A DNA stretch of 63,883 nt, the filler included, from Globobulimina sp. (Eukaryota), in NCBI GenBank assembly GCA_003354225.1. It is 53 parts of 53 records of this genome, joined end to end, with 100 filler letters (N's around TTAATTAATTAA, not from the genome) between each part and the next. Parts side by side here need not be neighbours in the genome. Positions count along the whole stretch, not along the records: positions 33,813 to 34,919 come from PIVH01023339.1; positions 35,020 to 36,126 come from PIVH01023340.1; positions 36,227 to 37,333 come from PIVH01023341.1; positions 37,434 to 38,540 come from PIVH01023342.1; positions 38,641 to 39,747 come from PIVH01023343.1; positions 39,848 to 40,954 come from PIVH01023344.1; positions 41,055 to 42,161 come from PIVH01023345.1; positions 42,262 to 43,368 come from PIVH01023346.1; 45 more parts are not named here. One strand, 5' to 3'. A model generated the notes under the pieces. The model was given only the letters and a program-made list of their open reading frames with translations. It was not told the DNA's origin and ran no database searches. Positions 34,356-45,782 of this stretch are shown piece by piece; position 1 is the first letter of the stretch; every line of letters starts with the position of its first letter. The position numbers were made by a program, and so were the translations under genes.

Positions 34356-34919
34356 CTAATACCACCCACCATCACTTGGCAATGAGTGCGTGACTGCTTT
34401 AACATTTTGAAAGCCTTCCAATGCATATTCTCCTTTAACTCTACCAAAACCCGATTGTTTATAACCACCAAATGGAGCCGCTACGTCAAATACATCATAG
34501 CAATTCACCCATACTGTGCCGGCTTTTAATGCACGCGATACCCGATGACAAGTATGGACACTCTCACTAAAGACACCTGCGGCTAAGCCATACGGCGTAT
34601 TATTGGCTCGTGCAATAACATCATCGGTATCTGCAAACTTCATAATTGGCATCACCGGTCCAAATATCTCCTCTCTCGCTATGCTCATTTCATCCGCAAC
34701 ATCTACAAATATGGTAGGATCCACATAATATCCTTCAGCACCAACCTGATTCCCTCCATGTAATAATTTTGCACCAGATTTTTTACCTTCATCTATATAC
34801 GCTAACACCTTCTCATATGTCCGTCTATTTGAAAGCGGTCCGGAGTCCACGTCAGTGAATGGATCGCCTATTGTTCTCTTCTGTGTTTCTGCCACTGTTT
34901 TCTCCACAAATTCATCATA
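34356..34919 (-). CDS. Aldehyde dehydrogenase (ALDH1/2-like), C-terminal part
   Basis: IAREEIFGPV, ANNTPYGLAAGVF, AGTVWVNCY, PFGGYKQSGFGR. Confidence 0.95.
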   Translation of the reverse strand, partial: YDEFVEKTVAETQKRTIGDPFTDVDSGPLSNRRTYEKVLAYIDEGKKSGAKLLHGGNQVGAEGYYVDPTIFVDVADEMSIAREEIFGPVMPIMKFADTDDVIARANNTPYGLAAGVFSESVHTCHRVSRALKAGTVWVNCYDVFDVAAPFGGYKQSGFGRVKGEYALEGFQNVKAVTHSLPSDGGWY

Positions 34920-35679
34920 NNNNNNNNNNNNNNNNNNNNNNNNNNNNNNNNNNNNNNNNNNNNTTAATTAATTAANNNNNNNNNNNNNNNNNNNNNNNNN
35001 NNNNNNNNNNNNNNNNNNNAAAACATAAACATTTAAAGTAGCGCTAAAATATCGCACATATCATGATACGCATTGTCTTTATATTCAAGTTCAAACTCAA
35101 AAAATAATAACTACTAAATATTAATCAAAAGGCATGATAATCATCTCGATAGATGTGCTTATTATAAATTACATAACCATTAATTTATCATCACATAATA
35201 CCATACCTATTGTATACTATAATTCTGAACCTGAGCAATGACCATGTCAGCCTTGGCTTCATAACATTTTTAATAGATGAATTTTGCTCAAAAGTCTTTG
35301 TACAGGTTCCTATGTGTTATAAAACAACATAATATCTTATTTATTCATGAAACAAATGAAATAGAAACTTTCTGTAAAAAAGTGAAATTCTGTTCATGGC
35401 TAACTTTGTCAAAACGAAGAATTGAAGTCTTTCCTTTTAGAACCTATCTGATTGATACAATACACACACAATAACAAACGCACAAAGCAAGCAAAATGAC
35501 GACAGAGTTAGTGTGCTGATGCCTAGGTCCTAGGTCTCAATTTATATTGCAATATAAGAACAACCCACAAATGAAATGGAATTTTAACAGACAAAGTAAC
35601 CATACACGTATATTTTTACTATATCATTAATATCAGAAACAACCAGCACTTCTCTGCCATTTTCACGGAAAAACTTTTC

Positions 35680-36126
35680 TCACAGTTTTGATTGGTTACG
35701 ATTCATTGTAACACGTTTTAATCCCATTCCATTCTCAAATTCTAATTGATTTGGCGATGTAATCCCTGAATCAATAATGTTAAGAAGTTGTAATACATTG
35801 GGTATGTTTACCAGTCTTGTTACAAATTTACATCCTTTCATATTAAAGTCCCGTGCCATTGCAAGAGTAGCATTGCATGCCTTGAAATCAATAACTCCTT
35901 CAATTGGATTATTAGAAATAACAACATACTGCAAAGCGAATGGCAGACCAAATGTTTCCTCATCTAACCGCGTAAACTGATTATTAGCAATGGATAAATA
36001 TCCAATACCACCCTCAAATAAAAACTGTTGTAATGAATCTAAATTATTATCTTCTAATACAACGACTTCGAATGCTGGAATTTCAAATGCATTGTCAGCA
36101 ATTTCCAAATATTGCAACACCTCTTG
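35680..36126 (-). CDS. Leucine-rich repeat protein fragment
   Basis: Repeated LxxLxxxxN patterns. Confidence 0.6.
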   Translation of the reverse strand, partial: QEVLQYLEIADNAFEIPAFEVVVLEDNNLDSLQQFLFEGGIGYLSIANNQFTRLDEETFGLPFALQYVVISNNPIEGVIDFKACNATLAMARDFNMKGCKFVTRLVNIPNVLQLLNIIDSGITSPNQLEFENGMGLKRVTMNRNQSKL

Positions 36127-36226
36127 NNNNNNNNNNNNNNNNNNNNNNNNNNNNNNNNNNNNNNNNNNNNTTAATTAATTAANNNNNNNNNNNNNNNNNN
36201 NNNNNNNNNNNNNNNNNNNNNNNNNN

Positions 36227-36837
36227 AATTTTAATATTTTTGAAAAAAATATCTTTCGAAATTAAAAGAAATAAAGGGTCGACATGACATGAAACAAATA
36301 CATTTGCTCCACACCCTGTGATTTGCAAAGATTTATCGAAACCAACACTATATTCATATTTTCCATCATAAATTAATATTTTATCACCATTTTTTGAAGC
36401 ATTAACTGCATCGTTCAAATTATTAATTGGTCCTTTATATTTTTAATTCAATTTCTTTATCATTTAATTTGGTTCGTTTTTTATCAACAACCCAAGTCGC
36501 ATTCTTTTCATTTTTATACTTTTGTGTTGATATAAATTCTTGCTCTCTTTCTTTTGATTTTAAAATTGTATTTTTTTCATAACATTTATGAAAGGTATTA
36601 CTAACTGCTTTGATATTTGATAAATTATTAAAAGATTGGTAATATTCTTTCAATTGATAAAGATGAATAAAATATATTTGATGTGTCATTTAATGCTACA
36701 GTGGCAATCTGACTTTTTATTATATTTTTTACCATTTCCAATTCTAAAAATTGTAACATTGGAATGAGGTCAATGACTGATGTGGCTTCGTTGACTCGTT
36801 GATATATCATATTTTTATGATACTCTATGCCTGCCAT
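36227..36837 (-). CDS. F-box-like + beta-helix protein, frameshifted as assembled
   Basis: Three consecutive minus-strand ORFs in different frames; LSIERILP..; DAVNASKNGDKILIYDGKY....DKSLQITGCG. Confidence 0.45.
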
Positions 36838-37049
36838 TCTTAAAAAAGGATTTTATCAGACTGTTGTTTTCAAAAATCAAATCTGAGGTTCACGCTCAAA
36901 CAGTTTTCCATTTTTTAATTATCACATCCTTGCACTCGGAACATCACCAACAACCGTTCCCAATCAACCGAATCATCGAAATCTAAAATCAACCGAATCA
37001 TTTTGTTTTTTTTTGCAACCAAAAAAAAAGATAACCATCAATTATACTC

Positions 37050-37333
37050 ATGTTCAAACAAAATAATCGTGAATTCCAAGCCGGATTAGACACAGAAGAA
37101 ACCCGCAGACGTCGTCAAGACAGTTCCTTATCATTACGCCGCAAAGCTCGTGAAACAATTTTACAAAAAAAACGCCAACGCATTTTAGCCCGATCGCCGC
37201 AAACAAGCAATAACAACAATGACAACAGCAACAGCAACATAGCTAATAACAGTACAAACAGCCATCACCAAACCAACACAGCTCAATTACCCAAATTAGT
37301 AAATGGCTGTTTTAGTAACAACGCAGCGGCTCA
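37050..37333 (+). CDS. Importin alpha, IBB domain (5' part)
   Basis: DTEETRRRRQDSSLSLRRKARETILQKKR followed by LPKLVNGCFSNN. Confidence 0.85.
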
Positions 37334-37563
37334 NNNNNNNNNNNNNNNNNNNNNNNNNNNNNNNNNNNNNNNNNNNNTTAATTAATTAANNNNNNNNNNN
37401 NNNNNNNNNNNNNNNNNNNNNNNNNNNNNNNNNAAATATACACTTGGGTTTTCTAAACAAACTGTTAGTTATTGTTTTTACGTAATTAAACAGACTTGCA
37501 TAAAAAAACTCATATATAAACTAATATTTTATCACAGAGAAACATTTATGGGTGAGATAACAT

Positions 37564-37626
37564 GGTGATGATTGGGATTTGAACCCAATATTCTTCAATA
37601 AGACGCTCTCATTGAGCTATCATCAC
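37564..37626 (-). ncRNA. 63-nt tRNA-like cloverleaf with truncated anticodon arm
   Basis: GTGATGA/TCATCAC acceptor, TA, GCTC-AATGA-GAGC, TCTT-ATTG-AAGA, TTGGG-TTCAAAT-CCCAA; all stems Watson-Crick. Confidence 0.75.
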
Positions 37627-38009
37627 AAGAAGGATTTGTAGGTGGCAGCTGTCCACGGCGCTACGTACGCCGTACCATAATAAATAGCAGCGGTACCAAT
37701 GGCTGCTGGCATACCATAATAAATAAGCAGCGGTACCAATGGCTGCTGGCATATTGCATGATATGATCGTTGGTGAATTAATTTATTTCTTATTGTTGCT
37801 AAACGTCGCATATTTTGAACTAACTTTTTGGGGAATTTACAATTTTTGTGTTGGATATTGAAATTGCGCTCTGCTGTTGTTATTTTTTGATGTAATCCTC
37901 TTCCCGTTGCATTGAAATGTGCTTCTAAATAATATTCCAATTCCTTTGATAATCTGATGGCTAATTCATAATCATTCTTAATTTTATAAACCCATTTCAA
38001 ATCATGCAT
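37623..38009 (-). CDS. Small HEPN/DUF4145-like protein
   Basis: DYELAIRLSKELE..LE.HFNATGRGLHQKI...RRLATIRNKLIH contains an RxxxxH motif; C-terminus includes a 39/40-bp tandem duplication (37673-37751). Confidence 0.55.
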   Translation of the reverse strand: MHDLKWVYKIKNDYELAIRLSKELEYYLEAHFNATGRGLHQKITTAERNFNIQHKNCKFPKKLVQNMRRLATIRNKLIHQRSYHAICQQPLVPLLIYYGMPAAIGTAAIYYGTAYVAPWTAATYKSFL

Positions 38010-38028
38010 CTTTGTATAATCACCATGC

Positions 38029-38540
38029 TCAGAGATGTGTTTTGCAGCAAATTAAACGCATTGCTGTTTTGCAGCAAATTAAAGCAAAATAATGATTGTC
38101 TGACTTTGTTCTGATTCTGCAAACACCAACATTCGCAATTGCTGCTTCCATTAAAACTACAACTTTCTCGATGTTTGTCACAAAATACAAACAGACGCCG
38201 CGATTAACCACAACTCTCTGAAATACAAAAGAAAACCAATTAGCTCTCAATATTTCTTTAATGTTATTTTTATATTTTGCTATAGTTTCAATGTGTGTAT
38301 TCTGTGCAGATCTCCATCGAGTTAGAAATGAATCTTTTGTGATCTCACAATTCCGTCGGAAAAATATCTGAGCAGTAACATTCATCGCAAACATCACAAC
38401 CACGCTTTTGTTTTCATCCAATTTTGTTATCCTGACTGCCATTTGAACCGTCGTATCCAATGAATTATTTCTTATCATTTTTGAAGGATTCAGCACTAGT
38501 TTCAAATTAAACATTTTCGAGTGAAAAAATCCTAAATTAT
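38029..38540 (-). CDS. Beta-adaptin appendage C-terminal (platform) domain
   Basis: VQMAVR..., ITKDSFLTRWRS, L.AN..SFVFQR.....CLYF. Confidence 0.6.
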
Positions 38541-38656
38541 NNNNNNNNNNNNNNNNNNNNNNNNNNNNNNNNNNNNNNNNNNNNTTAATTAATTAANNNN
38601 NNNNNNNNNNNNNNNNNNNNNNNNNNNNNNNNNNNNNNNNTGATGGCCATCGGATT

Positions 38657-39412
38657 TCAACTTTGCATATGAGTTATCTTCAAACATTTGATTTGTAGCG
38701 AAGATCTGTCATCATACAAACAAATAACCATTTGATATTTTTTGGACCAATCAATATTTTCGAATGCTATCCCATAATCTTTGTCGTTAAATACATATCG
38801 TATGGTTGTTGCCAAAGTATCAATTTGTATTTTTATTGTATTTTCTGTAGCTCCCATACACTCCCAACCACTTATTGAATTTAGAGCTTTTTGAGATTCA
38901 TCATGAGAGTCCTTTATACAACTTCGAAATCCATCATCATGCACAAAATACAATGCATAATAATTACAGTTTGGTATTGCGTGAATGAATGGATTTGAAT
39001 TGAATACATTATCATTGTATACAGAATTATTAACTGACAATATACCAATCTGTGCAATCGTCGATGAACAAACACTTGCATTTATTTTAAATATCCATTC
39101 AAAAATAGAATCTGCTGACTTTCCACCACTAATAATGGTTGATATAAATGCACATTGCCAGTGTGATTTTGTGGTATGAATCGAAGCTATTTTACCATTC
39201 CCTGATATTTCAATTTCTGTTCCATGCAAATTTGCTTGAAATGAGGCATTTGAAAAAACAAATAATAAACAGATATCCGCAATTTCGTTGGGTATAATCA
39301 CGTTGTTTGTCAATAGTTTCTCGATTTCGTGCAAAAACCCAAAAACAGTTTTATGTGTCCTATCATCGATCAGTCTCAAAACTCTTAAATCCAAACCGTT
39401 TACCGTGGCCAT
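38657..39412 (-). CDS. SPRY/B30.2-like protein
   Basis: FEWIFKI....IGI, NTIKIQID...TIRYVFNDKDYGIAFENI...KYQMVICL; N-terminal VFGFL...IIPNEIADICLLF. Confidence 0.7.
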   Translation of the reverse strand: MATVNGLDLRVLRLIDDRTHKTVFGFLHEIEKLLTNNVIIPNEIADICLLFVFSNASFQANLHGTEIEISGNGKIASIHTTKSHWQCAFISTIISGGKSADSIFEWIFKINASVCSSTIAQIGILSVNNSVYNDNVFNSNPFIHAIPNCNYYALYFVHDDGFRSCIKDSHDESQKALNSISGWECMGATENTIKIQIDTLATTIRYVFNDKDYGIAFENIDWSKKYQMVICLYDDRSSLQIKCLKITHMQS

Positions 39413-39847
39413 TACGCGATTAAACTCCTAACTGTAAAGTTTTCGCTGCTTCAAAAAAAAATAACACTTCAAAGTCTTCAAAAAACATTTAGCGTCCATG
39501 GTAGCGTAGTAATTTACCACTTTGAATATTACATAACATGGCATTTACATCTCGACCATTAAAAGGAGCCAATAATGGAGAGGGCAAAAAAAAGCAACAA
39601 AAGCAAAAACAGCCAAAACCCAAGAGACAACACAGGAAATCCGCATCGAATCCTTTTGCTGGTCGTAATCGCACCAAATCACAAAATGTCAAATACCCGT
39701 CCTACGAACAAGAAGAAGATGGTTCCTCCATCTTTCATGAATTGGACNNNNNNNNNNNNNNNNNNNNNNNNNNNNNNNNNNNNNNNNNNNNTTAATTAAT
39801 TAANNNNNNNNNNNNNNNNNNNNNNNNNNNNNNNNNNNNNNNNNNNN

Positions 39848-40954
39848 ATACAATGCGGTATTTCTGTGATTCCGCTGGTTACTAAATTTAACATTGCCAA
39901 TTTATGAAATGAACAGATTGGAGGAAGATAGCCTTTGTCTGCATTCACATTTTGGAAGCCGACATATTGCAACTCTGATAATTGAGAAAAAGTGTTTGGA
40001 AATTGTTCAATGTCGCAATTTTGCACACTAAGATACTGCAAATCTTTCCAATTTGACATTTCTGGAGCAATATAGCCGATGATTAGATCTTCAATCTCTA
40101 AAACCTGCAACTTTGTTGCGACAAACATGTCTGATGTAAAGTTTAATGACCGATATTGTTGTTTGCTGTCATATGCGTCGGTAATACCCGATACTGACAT
40201 TTTTTGCAACATTTTGAACGATCTGAACACGCTGGATATGATATCTACCAATTCGATATTAAATGTTTCCTGTAATTCAATGGCATCCCATGCAAAATAG
40301 TGCTGATCATAGCGGGAATACTCGAACTTAAAAGCACGACAATCACATTTTGTATCAAAGGGATAAACTTTTTGTTTACAAAAGTTCCACAGAAATAATT
40401 CCGGCCTCTCATTCAATGTTTGTTGAGCTGACAGTGTTAACATGCTCTTATTGTCATTATTATAGTCGGATAGCTCAGAAACGATTTGATTACAAAATAC
40501 TGTCGATTCCTCGAAATGAGATGTTACCAAAGCTAATACAGTGCTGCCATAAATACAAAACACTGCCGATATTAACATAATCAGTGTTTTTCGAGTATAA
40601 ATATGATAAAAACAAGTTTTCAATGCATGCTTATTATCAGTATCGATATGTGCTTCAGACCCAGATATCATCCAACTGGCACTGTGAACGGGTAAATGTA
40701 CTGTATTTGTGCGCGCAGACGGCGCAGTCCGTTGATTGGCATTGGCATAAAATTCACGCATTTCATCCATTGTTTGATTTGATAGCGACCAACACTTACT
40801 ACACAATAACAAGAGAGGAAAGAAAGTGGCCCAGAATGACAATGCATCGTTTCTTTGCAGCGAAGCTAATGATACAAGGATGCCTATGTCATCTGGCTTG
40901 GATAAGACCACAATAAACGCGAATAGCGCATAAAATAAGTCATTAACCATATCA
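39848..40954 (-). CDS. Membrane protein with C-terminal LRRs (partial)
   Basis: Hydrophobic segments followed by LQYLSVQNCDIEQFP..FSQLSELQY repeats. Confidence 0.7.
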
Positions 40955-41054
40955 NNNNNNNNNNNNNNNNNNNNNNNNNNNNNNNNNNNNNNNNNNNNTT
41001 AATTAATTAANNNNNNNNNNNNNNNNNNNNNNNNNNNNNNNNNNNNNNNNNNNN

Positions 41055-42161
41055 TCATAATCCAAAAATCCTGATAACACATTATTTGTTTTCTTAATGA
41101 AGATTGCATATTATTTAATGTCTGGGGGTAATCATTTCTTGTTTCATCAAAAGAATCAACAAAATAATCATCAAAACTATCGTCAAAATAACTATCTTCA
41201 GTGTTATTATAATCATTTTGAGATAAATTATTATTATCATATTGTTGATTGGTACCACTTAAATGTTCATTAACTTGAGAATTATAATTATTTTGTTGTC
41301 GATCTTCATTATAATATTGAGTAAAATCAGTAAATTGAGTTAATTCTTCGTCAACGACATCAATCTGCTTTTCATCATCATCACAATTTGAATTATTATG
41401 ATTTTGTTGTTTATAAAACTGAGTGAGAGTGGTTTGTACTTTATTAATATCATAATTATCTACTTTGATTAATTCAAATTTATAAACAACCCCTTGTCGG
41501 CCAGCTGTAATATTTCCATTTTGCGTGACTGAAATAAATTTTCTATCTTCATGCTTCAATGACAAATATTTACCACCTTTTCCACTGTAAAATGCTTCAA
41601 ATTTATATTCACCGCTTAATATCTTAATATTTCTCGTTTGATTATACCACCAAAAATAATCTCTGCGAGGGATGCGAATACTGATTGGAATGCCATCGCT
41701 TGTCGGATGTCTGTGATATTTACGCAACTCAAATATATCAAAATTATTTTCTTTATTATCCATCTCATCACTCCTTAACTCACTAAATATTGCTAAATTA
41801 TATTCTAATTTTGATCGTTTGGACGTATTTTTACGCGCAATCACATAATTTCCATCCATTGTTTTCAATTTAAATAAAGATTTACAAATCAAATCCGAAC
41901 CATCCTTAATTTCGCTTTCTTTTTCTTTTTTATTTGTATTTTTCTTTTTTGATCCTTTTATCGTTGAAAGAGTCAAACTATTTCTTTTTCGAGCTTTCTT
42001 TTTGCGTTTCCTTGCTTTTTTTTTCTTTTTATTCTGTTTTTTTGCATAAATGGTAGCATCCATGAAATCATCATCGACTTCGGCATCATCTTCAATTGGC
42101 TCCTTATTATATTTTCTTTTTTTAATTTTATTTTCACTTAAATATTTTTTACAATTTGCCT
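41055..42161 (-). CDS. Hypothetical protein with possible fascin-like beta-trefoil segment
   Basis: LSLKHEDRKFISVTQNGNITA.....KFELI; basic N-terminus. Confidence 0.4.
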
Positions 42162-42261
42162 NNNNNNNNNNNNNNNNNNNNNNNNNNNNNNNNNNNNNNN
42201 NNNNNTTAATTAATTAANNNNNNNNNNNNNNNNNNNNNNNNNNNNNNNNNNNNNNNNNNNN

Positions 42262-42769
42262 GGCGGTAAAAAATGAGGATTATGAAAAAAAAGATGATGA
42301 GGGAAATATTGAAAAACATATTGCTTTTCCACCACAATGGACATCGTGGGACTCATTGGTTATTGACGAAGGCAATTTAAGTATTAATGAATTTGTTAGC
42401 ATATTTAGTAAATTATTTAATGGAATAATTGTGGATCAATTACAAAAACCAAATACAAAAATTGGTAAATTTATATACAATGCAAATGCTAAGCGATCGA
42501 CATCGCAGCAAGATCGACAATTATCAAACAAAAATTTATCTGATAAAATTCGAAATATATTTTTAAAACAAAAACAAGATATTTTAGATTATAATGAACA
42601 AATTGAACAAAAACAGGACGAAAAAATAGTTGATCGATATATTGATTGTTATGGTAAATTAGTATCAGCGGAGAGAAATTATATTATCTTAACTGGGACA
42701 TTTTTAATGCCAAATACAAATGAACAAATATTTGTTGATTTACCAAGAATTACATATTTGTTTAAATGA
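42262..42769 (+). CDS. UBA1: Ubiquitin-activating enzyme E1, C-terminal ubiquitin-fold domain
   Basis: AFPPQWTSWDSLVIDEGNLSINEF...RNYIILTGTF...VDLPRITYLF*. Confidence 0.65.
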
Positions 42770-42847
42770 TAATGTTGTTTGTTGTCTTGACATTTGACTG
42801 TTTTTTTTTGAATTTTATTTAGTTTTACCATCAGTCAACTGACTTTT

Positions 42848-42905
42848 AGGCCTTTTTGGTATTCGGACTTTTTGGTGTTCGGACTTTTTGGTGTTCGGAC
42901 TTTTT
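42848..42905. repeat. 16-bp tandem repeat (TTCGGACTTTTTGGTG), about 3.5 copies
   Basis: Seen directly. Confidence 0.85.
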
Positions 42906-43468
42906 AATGTGGATAATTTTACCCTTCAGTTGCATGGCAGTTAAAGCTACGTGTAAGCATGGAGTCGGATGAGATTCCCGACTAAATTTGTTACTATATA
43001 GGAAAGTAAAATATTTTATAATAAACAGTAAAATGTGATATAAATCTAATATTATATATGGTGTACGAATGGGAGTATAACACAAAACATGCAAAAACAA
43101 CACAAAATCAAAAAAACAATACAAAACATCTAAAAACAATACAAAACATTTAAAAAAACACAAAATACATTCTCGAAAAAAACACTTGAAATAACATCTA
43201 AATGATCATGATATATTATATTATACAAAACAAAAGAGTTCACATAGTGAATGTCCTTAGAGTTGGAGCTGTACTCTTCATCTTTAAACTGTTACATTTC
43301 TTTATCTCTGCTCTCATTCTATCCATTTCACAATTAAACACACTCAGTAATGCAACTTTTGATTGTTCNNNNNNNNNNNNNNNNNNNNNNNNNNNNNNNN
43401 NNNNNNNNNNNNTTAATTAATTAANNNNNNNNNNNNNNNNNNNNNNNNNNNNNNNNNNNNNNNNNNNN

Positions 43469-44502
43469 TATTGATCTTGTTGTTGTGACTGTGGTCGCCA
43501 ATCATTGTCTGTATTGGGATTGAAGTATATGTCCTCCATTAAAACATATCGACCTCGCTGCATAATTCTATAGGTACCATGTTCAAAATCATGTGCATAT
43601 AAATAGATTGTTTCAAGGTCTGCCTCATGATCAGATGCTGTCTGTGCAGCTCCCTCATCAATTACAATTGCATCCGTTATGGATTGTTGTTTGTGTTTTA
43701 ATTGTATACTGTTGCTCTGCAACATGTTATTAGTGGTTGATTGTGGTTGTGTACATATACAGTGTTTTCCATTGGTGCCAATGGATGGTTTAAGATGATA
43801 GCCATTATGTATATCATTGATAGTGCACGATTCATGATCCAAGTTGGACGAAATGTGCATATTTGCTGGGCGCACATTGAACGCACATAAACCGGAATGA
43901 TCCCAATCGTTTTTAGCTGAAAAGTCTGTTAGCTGAAACTTCGTAAATTCGCCAAATTGTTGTTGCTGTGTGTTACTGTCTGTAAACGTTGTTTCTGCGT
44001 CGTAATAACATTCGTATGTATTGAAATTCTGGTCGTATTCATGTTGATTGTGATATAACCAATAACAGCCAAACATATTTCCTGTCATCATATATACAGT
44101 TTTGTCGTCGTATAATTGTCGTTGATGACGAACATCACAGGAGTCACAGGTTGGTGATAGCAAATACGTATTGGTATTGGAGGCGGCATTGGGTAAGAAC
44201 CAGGCATCCCAATTGATTGGGAATGCGTTGGATGGCCCAGCCACAGATGTATGATACATTTCAAAAGAATTGAAATATAATTTTATATCCTCATCTAATG
44301 ATGGATCTAGTATTAAATATTCATTATGACATTTTGCATATATTATGGGATATTCATCACCGACTAGCAATTTCAAATAGTAATATCCGTCTGACAAACC
44401 AATGCAAGATGATGGTATTGATATTGTGTCCGAGTCACAATCCACTAGTGTCAATATAAACAAACACAACGTGAATATGATGTCTGCCGTGCTCTCGATC
44501 AT
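43469..44502 (-). CDS. Secreted Cys-containing protein of unknown function (partial)
   Basis: Signal-peptide-like N-terminus, long ORF. Confidence 0.55.
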
Positions 44503-44675
44503 TGTGGTAAATACAAAAAAAAAATCTTAATTGACTACTGCCAATTAAGTTCGGAGCTTAAACAATCAAAAGCATNNNNNNNNNNNNNNNNNNNNNNNNN
44601 NNNNNNNNNNNNNNNNNNNTTAATTAATTAANNNNNNNNNNNNNNNNNNNNNNNNNNNNNNNNNNNNNNNNNNNN

Positions 44676-45782
44676 CCTTTTCCTTTCTTCCCTTTCTTCC
44701 CTTTCTTCTCTCTCTCACTCAAATCCTTCACATTTTGCTGCAAATACTTACTGAGCTGTTTATCCGTTGGTCGCTTGGGATGGAATCCGTGCGTTGCCTC
44801 GAATGTCTTTGACGGATCCTTAACAACCACAAAACTGTATTTTCGAACCGCATCCGGAATGGATCCCTTTTTAGCGCGCTTAAATTGGAAACTGCCGTCC
44901 GCTCGGATCCAATAATTCGGATCTTTGACCCATTTATCTTTCATCATTTGCCGCCAATAATTACTACATTGATAGCCAACGCGTCCCGGCACTTTCATAC
45001 TAAACGAACCCCAATGGACATTCACGCCGCACTCCAACACCCGCTCCATAAACACCTTATGTTCATCCATCGCAATCCGGCCATTCTTCTGCGACTCACC
45101 TACCACACAACAAAAAAACCACACATATAATTGGAACAAAATATATCTTACACACAAAACCTGGGTCATTGAACCGATAATAGTACGCATTGGGATTCAC
45201 TGTCTTATTTTTCCAGGCTTGGACCCGCGCTCCGCTCCAACCCTCAAAGTTCTCCGTATCCTTCAACGCGTCGTCCAGTAGCAAGCGCCCTGCGGCCCGA
45301 TATTCCTTCCCATCCTTATCGCGCCACACATTCTTGTTTCGTTTCCGCTTTTTCCTGCCGCCCAAAGCAAACTCGTCGTCGTCGCTGATCATATTTTCAT
45401 TGTCCAAGTCGGGGTCCTCCCAATCACTGTCCATGGAATAGGCGCTGTCCTCGCTGTCGTCGTACTCATTTAAATCGAACTCGCTGTCCGAATCATCGCC
45501 TTTTTTGCTTTTCTTCTTTTTGGGGCAACGCACGCCGGCGGTCACTTGCTTGCGTTTCTCGTCCATCATTTCGCGCATATCAGTCAAGAAAAAATCGCCT
45601 TCTTCCTCGATTTTGTCATTTACGTCCCATTGGAACTTGCGGCAGAAATCGTAAATGAAGGCAGCTTCTTCGTCGCTGATCTTTTGACCGATGTTGAACT
45701 CAAAGGAACTGATAATTTCTTCTAATTTTAGTGCGCGTTCTTTGCGGATTGCGTCGGAATATGAGGATTGAATCCCATCCAT
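44676..45782 (-). CDS. Myb/SANT-like domain protein (partial, one intron)
   Basis: NPNAYYYRFNDPG|ESQKNG across intron 45100-45160; EH..F......WGSFSMKVPGRVGYQCSNYWR. Confidence 0.75.
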
